DNA of 64,000 nucleotides, taken from Candidatus Faecivicinus avistercoris (GTDB lineage: Bacteria > Bacillota > Clostridia > Christensenellales > Aristaeellaceae). The translations under genes were made by a program, and so were the position numbers. The stretch covers positions 14,713 through 78,712 of the forward strand of contig DVJL01000068.1 in NCBI GenBank assembly GCA_018716805.1, in the 5' to 3' direction. How positions within the stretch are numbered: position 1 is the first letter of the stretch; each line of letters opens with the position of its first letter. A model generated the notes under the pieces. That model worked only from the letters and a program-made list of their open reading frames with translations, was not told where the DNA came from and ran no database searches. Shown here piece after piece: positions 48,255 through 57,627 of the stretch.

Positions 48255-50013
48255 CGCCTGCAACCTCCCGTTTATTTACGGCCGCGTCGGGGCTGCCCGC
48301 GCGGTACAGCTCAGCATAGAACCCATTTTTGCGCATCAGCGATTCATGGTTGCCCTGTTCGATGACACGGCCGTCGCGCATGACCAGAATCGTATCGGCA
48401 TTCCGGATGGTGGACAGGCGGTGCGCGACGATGAAGCTCGTGCGCCCCTGCATCATCCGCGCGAACGCCGACTGGATGCGGATCTCCGTGCGCGTGTCGA
48501 TGGACGAAGTCGCCTCGTCGAGGATCAGCATCGGCGGCAGGGCGAGCATCACGCGCGAGATGCAAAGCAGCTGCTTCTGCCCCTGCGAGAGCATGCCGCC
48601 GTCCTCGCCGATGACGGTGTCGTAGCCGTCGGGAAGGCGGCGGATAAACGAGTGGGCGTGCGACGCCTTCGCCGCCTCGACGATCTCCTCCTCGGTGGCG
48701 TCTGGCTTGCCGAAGGCGATGTTTTCGCGAATCGTGCCGGCCTTCAGCCACGTCTCCTGCAGCACCATGCCGTAGCTGGAGCGCAGGCTGCGCCGCGTGA
48801 CATCGCGGATGTCGCGGCCATCGACCGCGATGGAGCCGCCGCCGACGTCGTAGAACCGCATCAGCAGGTTGATCAGCGTCGTCTTGCCGCAGCCCGTCGG
48901 GCCGACGATCGCCACGCGCTGGCCCGGCTGGACGGAGAGGTTGAAGTGCTCGATCAGCCGGCGGTCGGGCGAATACGAAAACGAGACGTCCCGGCACGAA
49001 ACCTGTCCCTCGACGTTCGCGAGCGCCTCCGCGCCCGGGCGCTCCGGCGCCTGCGGCTCGGCGTGCACAAGCTCCAGCAGCCGTGCGGCGCAGGCGATGG
49101 CGTTTTGCAGCTCGGTCACGACGCCGGAGATCTCGTTAAACGGCTTGGTGTACTGGTTGGCATAGCTCAAAAAGCTGGTCAGCAGGCCGACGGTCATGCC
49201 GCCGCCGAGCGCCGCCAGTCCGCCCGTCAGCGCCACGAGCGCGTAGACAACGGAATTGACAAACCGCGTGCACGGATTGGTCAGCGACGAAAAGAAGATC
49301 GCGCGCAGCGAGCACTTCTCAAGCCGGCCGTTGATCTCGTCGAACGCCTGAAGCGACGCCTCTTCCCGGCCGTAGGCCTTGACGACCTTGGCGTTGCCGA
49401 TCATCTCGTCGATGTAGCCGGTCATCTCGCCGCGCGTCTCGGACTGCTGCCAGAACATGTCGTGCGTGCGCTGCGCGATGAACTTCGCCACGAACAGCGA
49501 AAGCGGCGTGACCACCACCACGACCACCGCGATGCCCGCGTGCATGAAGAACATGAACCCCAGCGTGCCCAATATGGTCAGCACGCCGGTGAACAGCTGC
49601 GTAAAGCCCATCAACAGGCCGTCGGCAAACGCATCCGCGTCCGCGATGACGCGGCTGACGATCTCGCCGTGCGGGTGCGAGTCGATGTAGGCGAGCGGCA
49701 GGATCTCGATCTTTTTCAGCGCGTCCTCGCGCAGGTCGCGCACGACGTTGAACGTCACGCGGTTGTTGACCACGTTCATCACCCACTGGATCGCCGCCGT
49801 CGCCGCCACGCAGGCCACAATCTGCACAAGCAGCGGCACGAGCCGCGCGAAATCGACGCCGGAATCCGCGATCTGGTCGATCGCCAGTCCCGCCAGATAC
49901 GGCGCCAGCAGCGTCAGCACGACCGTGACGCCGGCCAGCACAAACGACAAAAACGCCAGCCACTTGTACCTTCCGATGTAGGTCAGCACCTCGCGAATGG
50001 TTCCCCGCTTCAT
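48241..50013 (-). CDS. ABC exporter half-transporter (LSQGQ-signature subunit), second pair
   Basis: Walker [10 protein letters not shown], signature LSQGQKQ, Walker B LILDEATS. Confidence 0.95.
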   Translation of the reverse strand: MKRGTIREVLTYIGRYKWLAFLSFVLAGVTVVLTLLAPYLAGLAIDQIADSGVDFARLVPLLVQIVACVAATAAIQWVMNVVNNRVTFNVVRDLREDALKKIEILPLAYIDSHPHGEIVSRVIADADAFADGLLMGFTQLFTGVLTILGTLGFMFFMHAGIAVVVVVVTPLSLFVAKFIAQRTHDMFWQQSETRGEMTGYIDEMIGNAKVVKAYGREEASLQAFDEINGRLEKCSLRAIFFSSLTNPCTRFVNSVVYALVALTGGLAALGGGMTVGLLTSFLSYANQYTKPFNEISGVVTELQNAIACAARLLELVHAEPQAPERPGAEALANVEGQVSCRDVSFSYSPDRRLIEHFNLSVQPGQRVAIVGPTGCGKTTLINLLMRFYDVGGGSIAVDGRDIRDVTRRSLRSSYGMVLQETWLKAGTIRENIAFGKPDATEEEIVEAAKASHAHSFIRRLPDGYDTVIGEDGGMLSQGQKQLLCISRVMLALPPMLILDEATSSIDTRTEIRIQSAFARMMQGRTSFIVAHRLSTIRNADTILVMRDGRVIEQGNHESLMRKNGFYAELYRAGSPDAAVNKREVAGDAQG

Positions 50014-51734
50014 GCGCTCGCCTCCCCGCCGTACTGCGATTCATAGATTTCCCGATAGACCGGGCAGCTTTCGAGCAGCTCCGCGTGCGTGCCGCGGCCG
50101 ACCATCCGGCCGTCGTCGAGCACGAGGATCAGGTCGGCCTCGCGGATCGACGCCGTGCGCTGCGAGACGATGAACACCGTAGGCCGGTAGTCCAGCCCCG
50201 CGATCGCCGCGCGCAGCCGCTGGTCGGTGCCCTGGTCGAGCGCCGAGGCGCTGTCGTCGAGCACGAGGATGTCTGGACGGCGCACCAGCGCGCGCGCAAT
50301 CGTCAGTCTCTGGCGCTGTCCGCCGGAGAGGTTGCGGCCGCCCTGCTCGAGCTCGGCGTCCAGCCCGCCCTTCGCGGCGACGACGTCCTCGGCCTGCGCC
50401 GCGCGCACCGCCGCCATCAGCTCCTCATCGGTCGCGTCCGCCTTGCCCCAGCGGAGGTTGTCGCGGATCGTGCCGTGGAACAGCACCGCCTGCTGCAGCA
50501 CGAAGCCGATCCGGCCGCGCAGCTCGTCGACGTTTAGGTCGCGCACGTCCACGCCGCCCACCCGCACCGCGCCGGCGGTGGCGTCGTAAAACCGGGGAAT
50601 CATGCTGACTAGGCTCGTCTTGCCGGAGCCGGTGCCGCCGATGACGCCGACGGTGCCGCCGCGGGGAATGGAGAAATCGATGTCCGTCAGCGATTCGCCG
50701 CCGGCGCCGCCGTAGGTCAGGCCGACGTGGTCGAACTGCACGGCCGGCGCGCCGTCCACGGCGGGCGCGGAGACCTCGGGCGAGGTCATGTCCGGCTGGA
50801 TCGCCAGCGCGTCGGCGATGCGGTTCCAGCTCGCCGCGGCCTTGTTCATCGTCACGATCAGGTTCGCCAGCTTGATCAGCTCCACCAGAATCTGCGACAT
50901 GTAGTTGTACAGCGCGACGACCTCGCCCGGCGTCAGCGCGCCGACGGACACCTGCACCGCGCCGGTGTAGATCAGCCACGCGATGGCCAGGTTGATCAGC
51001 AGGTAGGTCAGCGGGTTCATCAGCCCCGACACCCAGCCGGCGCGCTTCTGCTTCGCCGTCAGCGCGCGGTTCTTCTCGACGAACTCGGCAAACTGCTCGT
51101 CCTCCTTGCAGAACGCGCGGATCACGCGCGCGCCGGAGAGGTTTTCGCGCGTCGCGCCGAGCACCCGCTCGAGCGCCGCCTGCACGCCGCGCATCATCGG
51201 GATGTTGACCGCCATGATGCCGAACACCACCAGCGACAGCGCCGCGATGACCGCCACGAAGATCAGCGCGCTGCGCGTGTCGATCGTAAAGGCCATGATC
51301 ATCGCGCCGAACACCACAAACGGCGAGCGCAAAAACAGCCGCAGCGTCATGTTCACGCCGGTCTGCGCCTGATTGACGTCGCTGGTCATGCGCGTAATCA
51401 TCTTCGACGTGCCCAGCGCGTCCATGTTGGAAAACGACAGGCTCTGCAGATGCGAAAACAGCGCGTGGCGCACGCCGGTGGCAAAGCCCGTCGCGGCCTT
51501 GGCGGAGAAGTACTGCGCCGTCACCGAGCTGACCAGCCCGATCAGCCCCAGCGCGACCATCAATAGCACCATGCGCACGATCAGCCCGCGGTCGCCGCCG
51601 CCGATGCCATCGTCGATGATGACCTGCATCACCAGCGGCACCATCAGCTCAAACGACGCCTCCAACATCTTGAACAGCGGCGCGAGCACGCACTCCTTTC
51701 GGTACTTCCTGAGATAGTTCAGCATCCCGTTCAT
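50010..51734 (-). CDS. ABC exporter half-transporter (Walker-B Asp-Asp subunit), second pair
   Basis: Walker A GGTGSGKTS, signature LSGGQRQR, Walker B ILVLDDSAS. ATGA overlap with the downstream partner. Confidence 0.95.
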   Translation of the reverse strand: MNGMLNYLRKYRKECVLAPLFKMLEASFELMVPLVMQVIIDDGIGGGDRGLIVRMVLLMVALGLIGLVSSVTAQYFSAKAATGFATGVRHALFSHLQSLSFSNMDALGTSKMITRMTSDVNQAQTGVNMTLRLFLRSPFVVFGAMIMAFTIDTRSALIFVAVIAALSLVVFGIMAVNIPMMRGVQAALERVLGATRENLSGARVIRAFCKEDEQFAEFVEKNRALTAKQKRAGWVSGLMNPLTYLLINLAIAWLIYTGAVQVSVGALTPGEVVALYNYMSQILVELIKLANLIVTMNKAAASWNRIADALAIQPDMTSPEVSAPAVDGAPAVQFDHVGLTYGGAGGESLTDIDFSIPRGGTVGVIGGTGSGKTSLVSMIPRFYDATAGAVRVGGVDVRDLNVDELRGRIGFVLQQAVLFHGTIRDNLRWGKADATDEELMAAVRAAQAEDVVAAKGGLDAELEQGGRNLSGGQRQRLTIARALVRRPDILVLDDSASALDQGTDQRLRAAIAGLDYRPTVFIVSQRTASIREADLILVLDDGRMVGRGTHAELLESCPVYREIYESQYGGEASA

Positions 51735-52000
51735 CTTTTCGCCCCCGAAATGTAAGCAATCACCTTCAGTATACCGATTTCCGCCAAAAAATCAACGGGC
51801 GGGATGTTACATCCCGCAGAAGGAATAAAGAAGCGCGCCGCCTGCGTTCCCTCCCACTGCACAGAACCGGTGCGCACCGCCTACTCGCCGCGTGGGGCGC
51901 GCGTTCGATGAAGGAACGGTCATCGGAAGAATCGTCCGACGATTCTGCTCCCGGCTTCCTTTTGCAAAAATCAAAAGTTCGTTTCCAAGATAAACGACGA

Positions 52001-52055
52001 AACTTCCCGGATCTCCGACTTGCGAGGAAAACTCGCAGGGGAGATCCGGGAAGTT
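52001..52055 (-). terminator. long nested hairpin downstream of the sufD-like gene
   Basis: AACTTCCCGGATCTCC ... GGAGATCCGGGAAGTT (16-bp outer stem, inner CTTGCGAG/CTCGCAGG). There are A/T runs on both sides, so it may act bidirectionally. Confidence 0.55.
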
Positions 52056-52075
52056 TTTGTCCAATCGCCCGCCTT

Positions 52076-52993
52076 TTACCGCAGGAAGCCCTCGACGATC
52101 TTGTCCTCCGCTTCCTTTTCGGTCAGCCCGAGGGTCTGCAATTTGAGGATCTGCTCGCCGGCGATCTTGCCGATGGCGGCCTCGTGGATCAAGGCTGCGT
52201 CGGCATGGTTGGCGACCAGCTCCGGCGCGGCCGCGACCGAGCCGTTCTCGCCGATGATGGCGTCGCACTCCGAGTGCCCGGTGCAGGCGGCGTTGCCGGT
52301 GATGACCGAGCGATAGCTCTGCTTGGAATCGCCGCGCGCGACCGAGCGGGAGATCAGATCCGTGCCCGCGCCGTCGCCGTTCATGACGACTTCAAACTCC
52401 GTGCGCGCCTCCTGCGTCCCCTCGGTGAGCAGCCGCTCGTGGATGTGCAGCTTGGCGTTGGCGGCCAGCGTGGCGCGGGTCACGCGCGTGGTGCTGTCGA
52501 CGCCGCCGATCTGCGAGGTCTCCATGATCATCACGGAATCCTCGGCCATGAACACCTCGGTGACCGGGTCGATGCGGCGGATGCCCGCGCCCTTGCCGGT
52601 GCCGACGTGCTTTTCGAGGTACTTCACCCGCGCGCCCTTCTCGAGGAAGAAGCGGTGGATGCCGTTGTGGCGCGCCGGCTCGCCGGTCTCGGTGTGGACG
52701 CCGCAGCCGGCCACGATCGTCACGTCCGCGTTCTCGCCGACGTAGAAGTCGTTGTAGGTCAAATCGTCCACGCCGCCGTGCGTGACGCACGCGGGGATGG
52801 ACACCGATTCGCCCTTCGTGCCCGGCAGGATGCGGATGTCCAGCCCGGGCTGATCCTTTTTGGATTCGATTTTGATGTGCTCGGTCGAGCGCCGGCCGGC
52901 GCAGCCACCGTTTTCGCGGATGTTGAACGCGCCGTCGAACTTGCCCGTCCAGTCCGACACCATCTTGAGCAGTCCATCCAGAATCTGATTCAT
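52076..52993 (-). CDS. SufB/SufD-family Fe-S assembly protein (short, 305 aa)
   Basis: C-terminal SufBD beta-helix pattern (..LSRSVARGDSKQSYRSVITGN..ECDAIIGENG..PELVANHADAALIHEAAIGKI). ATG 52993 overlaps the sufC-like stop. Confidence 0.88.
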   Translation of the reverse strand: MNQILDGLLKMVSDWTGKFDGAFNIRENGGCAGRRSTEHIKIESKKDQPGLDIRILPGTKGESVSIPACVTHGGVDDLTYNDFYVGENADVTIVAGCGVHTETGEPARHNGIHRFFLEKGARVKYLEKHVGTGKGAGIRRIDPVTEVFMAEDSVMIMETSQIGGVDSTTRVTRATLAANAKLHIHERLLTEGTQEARTEFEVVMNGDGAGTDLISRSVARGDSKQSYRSVITGNAACTGHSECDAIIGENGSVAAAPELVANHADAALIHEAAIGKIAGEQILKLQTLGLTEKEAEDKIVEGFLR

Positions 52994-53718
52994 CCGGCAA
53001 ACGCCTCCCTTCTGCCGCAGCAGGACGGATTTCCGGCGTCGGCCATCAATTCCGGCATGACCTCGCTCACCGCGCCCACGCGCTTGAGCGCGCCGCCGGC
53101 GATCACGGCGATCTGGTCGGCGATCTGCAAAATCCGCTCCTGATGGGAGATGATGAGCATGCTGCCGCGGATATTCGTCCGCAAATCCCTGAATACGTCG
53201 ATCAAATTGCCAAAGCTCCACAGGTCGATGCCGGCCTCCGGCTCGTCGAAGATCGTCAGCCGGGTGTGCCTCAGCAGCACGGTCGCGATCTCGATGCGCT
53301 TGATCTCGCCGCCGGAAAGCGTGGCGTTGACCTCGCGGTCGATGTACTCCCGCGCGCACAGGCCGACGCGGCTGAGCACTTCGCACAGGCGCTTTTCGGT
53401 CATCGGCTCGCCCGCGGCCAGCTCGAGCAGCTGCCGCACGAGCAGCCCCTTGAACCGCACGGGCTGCTGAAACGCATAGCTGACGCCCCTGCGCGCGCGC
53501 TCGGTGACGTTCAGATCGGTGATGTCCTCGCCATCGAGCAGGATCTTCCCGCTCTCCGGCTTCTCCAAGCCGGCGATGACGCGCGCCAGCGTCGTCTTTC
53601 CGCCGCCGTTCGGCCCGGTGACGACCATCAGCGTGTCGTCCGGCACCGTCAGGCTGACGCCCTTCAAAATGGCCTCCCCGTCAGGGGCGCGCCAGACAAT
53701 ATCCTTCAGTTCCAACAC
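52990..53718 (-). CDS. SufC-like ABC ATPase
   Basis: Walker A GPNGGGKTT, signature LSGGEIKR, Walker B LTIFDEPEAG. GTG start 53718 (AGGA upstream); the start is uncertain by a few codons. Confidence 0.9.
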   Translation of the reverse strand: MLELKDIVWRAPDGEAILKGVSLTVPDDTLMVVTGPNGGGKTTLARVIAGLEKPESGKILLDGEDITDLNVTERARRGVSYAFQQPVRFKGLLVRQLLELAAGEPMTEKRLCEVLSRVGLCAREYIDREVNATLSGGEIKRIEIATVLLRHTRLTIFDEPEAGIDLWSFGNLIDVFRDLRTNIRGSMLIISHQERILQIADQIAVIAGGALKRVGAVSEVMPELMADAGNPSCCGRREAFAG

Positions 53719-53887
53719 TGCGATCACATCCTTTATGTGTAACCTGTAAATCCGCGAAAAGGAGGCGCAGAATCGACAGGATCCTGCGGTTTCGACAGAG
53801 TCGAAGCTGCCACGGCTTAAATTGAAAACATAAGGCGCGGCACCTGCGGGGGAAAATGTCGTTTCCCTATCTATTATACCCCAAATC

Positions 53888-54061
53888 CGCGCGTTCAAAA
53901 AGGTGAACTCCGGTTAAATCGCAGGATTTCCCGCCCATCCGGCGGCATTGGGAGACGGCCCGGCCGGAAAACGGGCTCAGCGGCATCCGTCCGGCATTCG
54001 CAGCGCAAAGCGGCGGCAAAGGCGCTGAAATCGCGCTTCCGGGAATTTTCAAACCTCGAGG
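53888..54061 (+). repeat. MITE-like intergenic element, copy C (more diverged, internal deletion)
   Basis: The right part AAAGGCGCTGAAATCGCGCTTCCGGGAATTTTCAAACCTCGAGG aligns with copy B AAGGGCGCCGAAATTGCATCTTCCGGAATTTTCAGACATCCTCC. ATTCGCAG core at 53996. The left boundary is approximate. Confidence 0.45.
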
Positions 54062-54125
54062 ATGGTCCGCTCGCCCGCCCCCCCGGAACTTCAGCCCGGC
54101 CATCGCGATTTAACGCCGATTTTCC

Positions 54126-54154
54126 TTGTGTACCGCCCGGAAACGTGCTATAAT
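54126..54154 (+). promoter_or_regulatory. putative sigma-A promoter of infC-rpmI-rplT
   Basis: TTGTGT-17 nt-TATAAT with TGC immediately upstream of the -10. Confidence 0.55.
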
Positions 54155-54160
54155 AATTGA

Positions 54161-54307
54161 TGAAGCAGAAGCGACCACTTCTCACCTTGCGTCGAAAGTT
54201 GCAATGGTTCTAATTGGATTGGAATGGCTCCGTTCGGGGCTTGTGTGGAGTGGCGCAGAAGCGTTACTCTTTTTTCATTTGCGAATTGCATTAGGAGGTG
54301 CATCGGT
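54161..54307 (+). ncRNA. infC operon leader (candidate L20-responsive leader)
   Basis: About 147-nt untranslated leader between the promoter and the infC start, containing an intrinsic terminator. The position matches the L20 leader of Firmicutes. I did not verify the L20-binding fold. Confidence 0.45.
54248..54275 (+). terminator. leader attenuator terminator upstream of infC
   Basis: GAGTGGCGC-agaa-GCGTTACTC (9 bp including 2 G-U) followed by TTTTTT, ending 32 nt before the infC start. Confidence 0.7.
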
Positions 54308-54823
54308 ATTAACGATCTCATGATTAACGAGGAGATCCGCGATCGTGAAGTGCGAGTCGTAGATCGAAACGGCGAACAGCTGGGCGTCATGCCCATCCGG
54401 CAGGCGCTCGAGATGGCTGAGGAGGCGCAGCTTGACCTGGTCAAGATTGCCCCGCAGGCGCGTCCACCGGTCTGCAAGATCATGGACTACGGGAAGTATC
54501 GCTTCGAGCAGTCCAAGAAAGAGCGCGAATTCCGCAAAAATCAGAAGGTCATTACCGTAAAAGAGGTGCGCCTGTCCGCAACCATTGAGGACCATGACAT
54601 TGATGTCAAGCTGAAGAACGCGATCAAGTTCCTGAAGGATGGCAACAAGGTCAAAGCCACGATTCGCTTCCGTGGTCGTCAGATCACGCACTCCGAGATC
54701 GGCCGTCAGGTAATGACGGAGTTCGCGGAGCGGATTAAGGAGTATGGAACGGTCGAGAAGGCGCCGCAGATCGAGGGCCGGAACATGTCCATGTTCATCA
54801 GCCCCAGGCCGAGCGCCGATTGA
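54308..54823 (+). CDS. infC: translation initiation factor IF-3, with ATT start codon
   Basis: ..INEEIRDREVRVVDRNGEQLGVM..LDLVKIAPQARPPVCKIMDYGKYRFEQ.. AGGAGGTG lies 7 nt upstream of ATT 54308. The next ATG (54320) would be 19 nt from the RBS. Confidence 0.93.
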   Translation: MNDLMINEEIRDREVRVVDRNGEQLGVMPIRQALEMAEEAQLDLVKIAPQARPPVCKIMDYGKYRFEQSKKEREFRKNQKVITVKEVRLSATIEDHDIDVKLKNAIKFLKDGNKVKATIRFRGRQITHSEIGRQVMTEFAERIKEYGTVEKAPQIEGRNMSMFISPRPSAD

Positions 54824-54871
54824 TCGGCCGGACGATCCGGCGCGTACCGATGACGAGAGGAGGAAATCCCA

Positions 54872-55069
54872 ATGCCCAAACAGAAAACGCACAAGGGCGC
54901 GGCCAAGCGCTTTGACTTCACCAAAAACGGCAAGGCCAAGCATGCGCAGGCGTTCCGCCGCCACATCCTGACCAAGAAGCCCACCAAGCGCACCCGCAAT
55001 CTCCGCAAGGCCGCCTATCTGACCACCACGGAGAGCAAGACGATGAAGAAACTGCTGCCCTACAAGTAA
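54872..55069 (+). CDS. rpmI: 50S ribosomal protein L35
   Basis: [21 protein letters not shown]... (65 aa). Confidence 0.97.
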   Translation: MPKQKTHKGAAKRFDFTKNGKAKHAQAFRRHILTKKPTKRTRNLRKAAYLTTTESKTMKKLLPYK

Positions 55070-55084
55070 GGAGGCGAATCGATC

Positions 55085-55441
55085 ATGGCAAGAGTCAAGC
55101 GTGCAGTCAACGCACAGAAGAAAAAGCGCAAGGTAATGAAGCTCGCGAAGGGGTACTTCGGAGCCAAGAGCAAGCAGTATCGCGCCGCCAGCGAGCAGGT
55201 TCGCCGCTCCCTGCGCTATGCATACATCGGCCGCAAGCTGAGGAAGCGCGATTTCCGCAGCCTGTGGATCACCCGCATCAACGCCGCCGCCCGCATGAAC
55301 GGCCTGAGCTACTCCAAGCTCATGAACGGACTGAAGGTCGCCGGCGTCGACATCAACCGCAAGATGCTCTCCGAGCTGGCCATCAGCGATCCGTCCGCGT
55401 TCACCGCGCTGGCGGACAAGGCCAAGGAAGCGCTGAAGTAA
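55085..55441 (+). CDS. rplT: 50S ribosomal protein L20
   Basis: [29 protein letters not shown]... (118 aa). Confidence 0.97.
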   Translation: MARVKRAVNAQKKKRKVMKLAKGYFGAKSKQYRAASEQVRRSLRYAYIGRKLRKRDFRSLWITRINAAARMNGLSYSKLMNGLKVAGVDINRKMLSELAISDPSAFTALADKAKEALK

Positions 55442-55608
55442 CGCACTGAAAACCGTGGACGGAAGATCGCAATGCTCTTTCGTCCACTTTTCTGTTTTAT
55501 AAGGAGGTTTTCCAATGAAAGAGCAGCGCATGAAGCGAGCCATTGCCGTCAAAACGCGCGCATAAGAGGAGGTGATTGCCATTCAAAACGACCCGTCAGG
55601 AGGATATT

Positions 55609-56265
55609 ATGAACGACATTCCCAACCCCAACGAGCTCTTCCCGAACGAATACGGGACCTCATGCTTTATCAAAAACGCCGTCACGGCGCCGAACATTCA
55701 GATCGGCGACTATACCTATTATGACGATTCCCACGACCCTGCCGGATTCGAGCGCAACAACGTGCTGTTCAATTACCCCGAATTCGGCGACCGGCTGATC
55801 ATCGGCAAATTTTGCAGCATCGGATCTGGCACGAAGTTCATCATGGGGCCGGCCAACCACCGCATCAGCAGCGTCACGACCTACCCGTTTCACGTGTTCG
55901 GCGGCGCGTGGGCCGAGCGGACGCCGGAACATCTCTCGCAGCTGCCCTTTAAGGGCGATACGATCGTTGGAAACGACGTCTGGTTTGGGCGCGAATGCGT
56001 CGTCATGCCCGGCATCAAGATCGGGGACGGCGCTCTCATCGCCGCCTATTCCGTCGTCACGCGCGACGTCGAGCCGTACAGCGTCGCCGGCGGAAATCCG
56101 GCAAGGCCGATCAAGAAGCGGTTCAGCGACGAGCTGATCGCGCTGCTGCTGCGCCTGAAGTGGTGGGATCTGCCGCCCGAGCGGCTGGTGGAAATCCTGC
56201 CAATGCTGTGCGATCCAGACCTGAAGAAAGTCGCTTCGCAAATCCGGGAGCTGCTCGGCGAATGA
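55609..56265 (+). CDS. vat: Vat-family streptogramin A O-acetyltransferase (xenobiotic acetyltransferase, hexapeptide repeat)
   Basis: PNPNELFP...FIKN...NIQIGDYTYYDD...GKFCSIGSGTKFIMGPANHR..TYPF..FGG.W...LPFKGDTIVGNDVWFGRECVVMPGIKIGDGALIAAYSVV..DVEPYSVAGGNPARPIKKRF...LKWWD. This closely follows the VatA-H pattern. ATG 55609 with an AGGAGGA RBS. Confidence 0.92.
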   Translation: MNDIPNPNELFPNEYGTSCFIKNAVTAPNIQIGDYTYYDDSHDPAGFERNNVLFNYPEFGDRLIIGKFCSIGSGTKFIMGPANHRISSVTTYPFHVFGGAWAERTPEHLSQLPFKGDTIVGNDVWFGRECVVMPGIKIGDGALIAAYSVVTRDVEPYSVAGGNPARPIKKRFSDELIALLLRLKWWDLPPERLVEILPMLCDPDLKKVASQIRELLGE

Positions 56266-56306
56266 GGGGGCTTTGAGCCGCCGGCAGATTCGCCCAGCCT
56301 CGCATA

Positions 56307-56343
56307 AACAAAACCGCCCCGAACCGCATTCGGTTCGGGGCGG
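56307..56343. terminator. bidirectional terminator between vat and rplA
   Basis: CCGCCCCGAACC-gcattc-GGTTCGGGGCGG (12 bp). The minus strand continues TTTTGTTTATG. Confidence 0.75.
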
Positions 56344-56356
56344 CGTTCTATATCAA

Positions 56357-57043
56357 TCAGAACTTCAGGGAATTGAGCTTGATGCCCGGGCCCATGGTCG
56401 AAGAGAGCACCGCAGAGCGGATGTACGTACCCTTCGCAGCGGCCGGCTTCGCCTTGATGATCGCCTCCATCAGCGCGCGGAGGTTCTCGGTGAGCTTGGC
56501 CTCTTCAAAGGAAGCCTTGCCGACGGGGCAGTGGATGATCGCGGTCTTGTCCACGCGATACTCGACCTTACCGGCCTTGATGTCGCGCACGGCCTTGGCG
56601 ATGTCCATCGACACCGTGCCGGACTTCGGGTTCGGCATCAGGCCCTTCGGGCCGAGCACGCGGCCCAGACGGCCGACCATGCCCATCATGTCCGGGGTGG
56701 CGACGACGACGTCGAAGTCGAACCAGCCGCCCTGGATCTTCGCGATCATGTCCTCCGCGCCGACGTATTCCGCGCCGGCCTCGGTGGCCTCGTTCGCCTT
56801 GTCGCCCTTGCAGATGGCGAGCACGGTGACCTTCTTGCCGGTTCCGTTGGGCAGAACCACGGCGCCGCGAACCTGCTGGTCGGCATGGCGCGGATCGACG
56901 CCCAGACGGACGGAGATCTCGACGGTCTCGTCAAACTTCGCCTTCGCGGTCTGCTTCACGAGCGCCACGGCCTCTTCGGGGTCATACAGCTTGGTGCGGT
57001 CGATCAGCTTCATGCTGTCGGAATATTTCTTTCCCTTTTTCAT
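56357..57043 (-). CDS. rplA: 50S ribosomal protein L1
   Basis: [26 protein letters not shown]... ATG 57043 with an AAGGAGG RBS. Confidence 0.97.
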   Translation of the reverse strand: MKKGKKYSDSMKLIDRTKLYDPEEAVALVKQTAKAKFDETVEISVRLGVDPRHADQQVRGAVVLPNGTGKKVTVLAICKGDKANEATEAGAEYVGAEDMIAKIQGGWFDFDVVVATPDMMGMVGRLGRVLGPKGLMPNPKSGTVSMDIAKAVRDIKAGKVEYRVDKTAIIHCPVGKASFEEAKLTENLRALMEAIIKAKPAAAKGTYIRSAVLSSTMGPGIKLNSLKF

Positions 57044-57098
57044 GGTTACATCCTCCTTGTGGTCAAGCGGGTTTTGCCCCTCCCACGATTCTGTTCGG

Positions 57099-57524
57099 TC
57101 AGTCGACGACGACAACGCCCATGGAGCGCGCGGTGCCCGCGATCATGCTCATGGCGGCTTCCAGCGAAGCGGCGTTCAGGTCGGGCATCTTCAGCTCGGC
57201 GATCTCCTTGATCTGAGCCTTGGTGATGTTGGCGACCTTATCGCGGTTCGGGCGGCCGGAGGCGTGCTCGATGCCGCAGGCCTTCTTGATCAGCACCGGC
57301 GCCGGCGGCGTCTTGGTGATGAACGTGAAGGAGCGATCCTGATACACGGTGATGACCACCGGGATGATCAGGCCAGCCTGCTTCGCGGTGCGATCGTTGA
57401 ATTCCTTGCAGAATCCGGGGATGTTCACGCCATGCTGACCGAGCGCGGGGCCGATTGGCGGCGCGGGGGTCGCCTTGCCGGCAGGAACCTGCAGCTTGAT
57501 CAGCGCGGTAACTTTCTTTGCCAT
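57099..57524 (-). CDS. rplK: 50S ribosomal protein L11
   Basis: [35 protein letters not shown]... Confidence 0.97.
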   Translation of the reverse strand: MAKKVTALIKLQVPAGKATPAPPIGPALGQHGVNIPGFCKEFNDRTAKQAGLIIPVVITVYQDRSFTFITKTPPAPVLIKKACGIEHASGRPNRDKVANITKAQIKEIAELKMPDLNAASLEAAMSMIAGTARSMGVVVVD

Positions 57525-57627
57525 AAGGGTTTTCCTCCTCTACATGTATGTGGTGAAGCGGAGCGCGCAATGGCGATCCTCCCACTCCCTGAAACCCGAG
57601 AAACGGGCGTTCAGCAATTGAACCGGG

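Noticed and set aside
45627-48365. 912-aa plus-strand ORF across the AraC / intergenic / dipeptidase region
   Set aside because: It crosses an AT-rich intergenic region and runs antisense to the C69 peptidase. The translation is Arg/Pro/Ala junk.
55609-56265. vat considered as a recently acquired mobile resistance cassette
   Set aside because: There are no flanking IS, integrase or att-like repeats. GC content and codon style match the neighbours, and it shares a terminator with rplA. It is more consistent with an intrinsic chromosomal gene.
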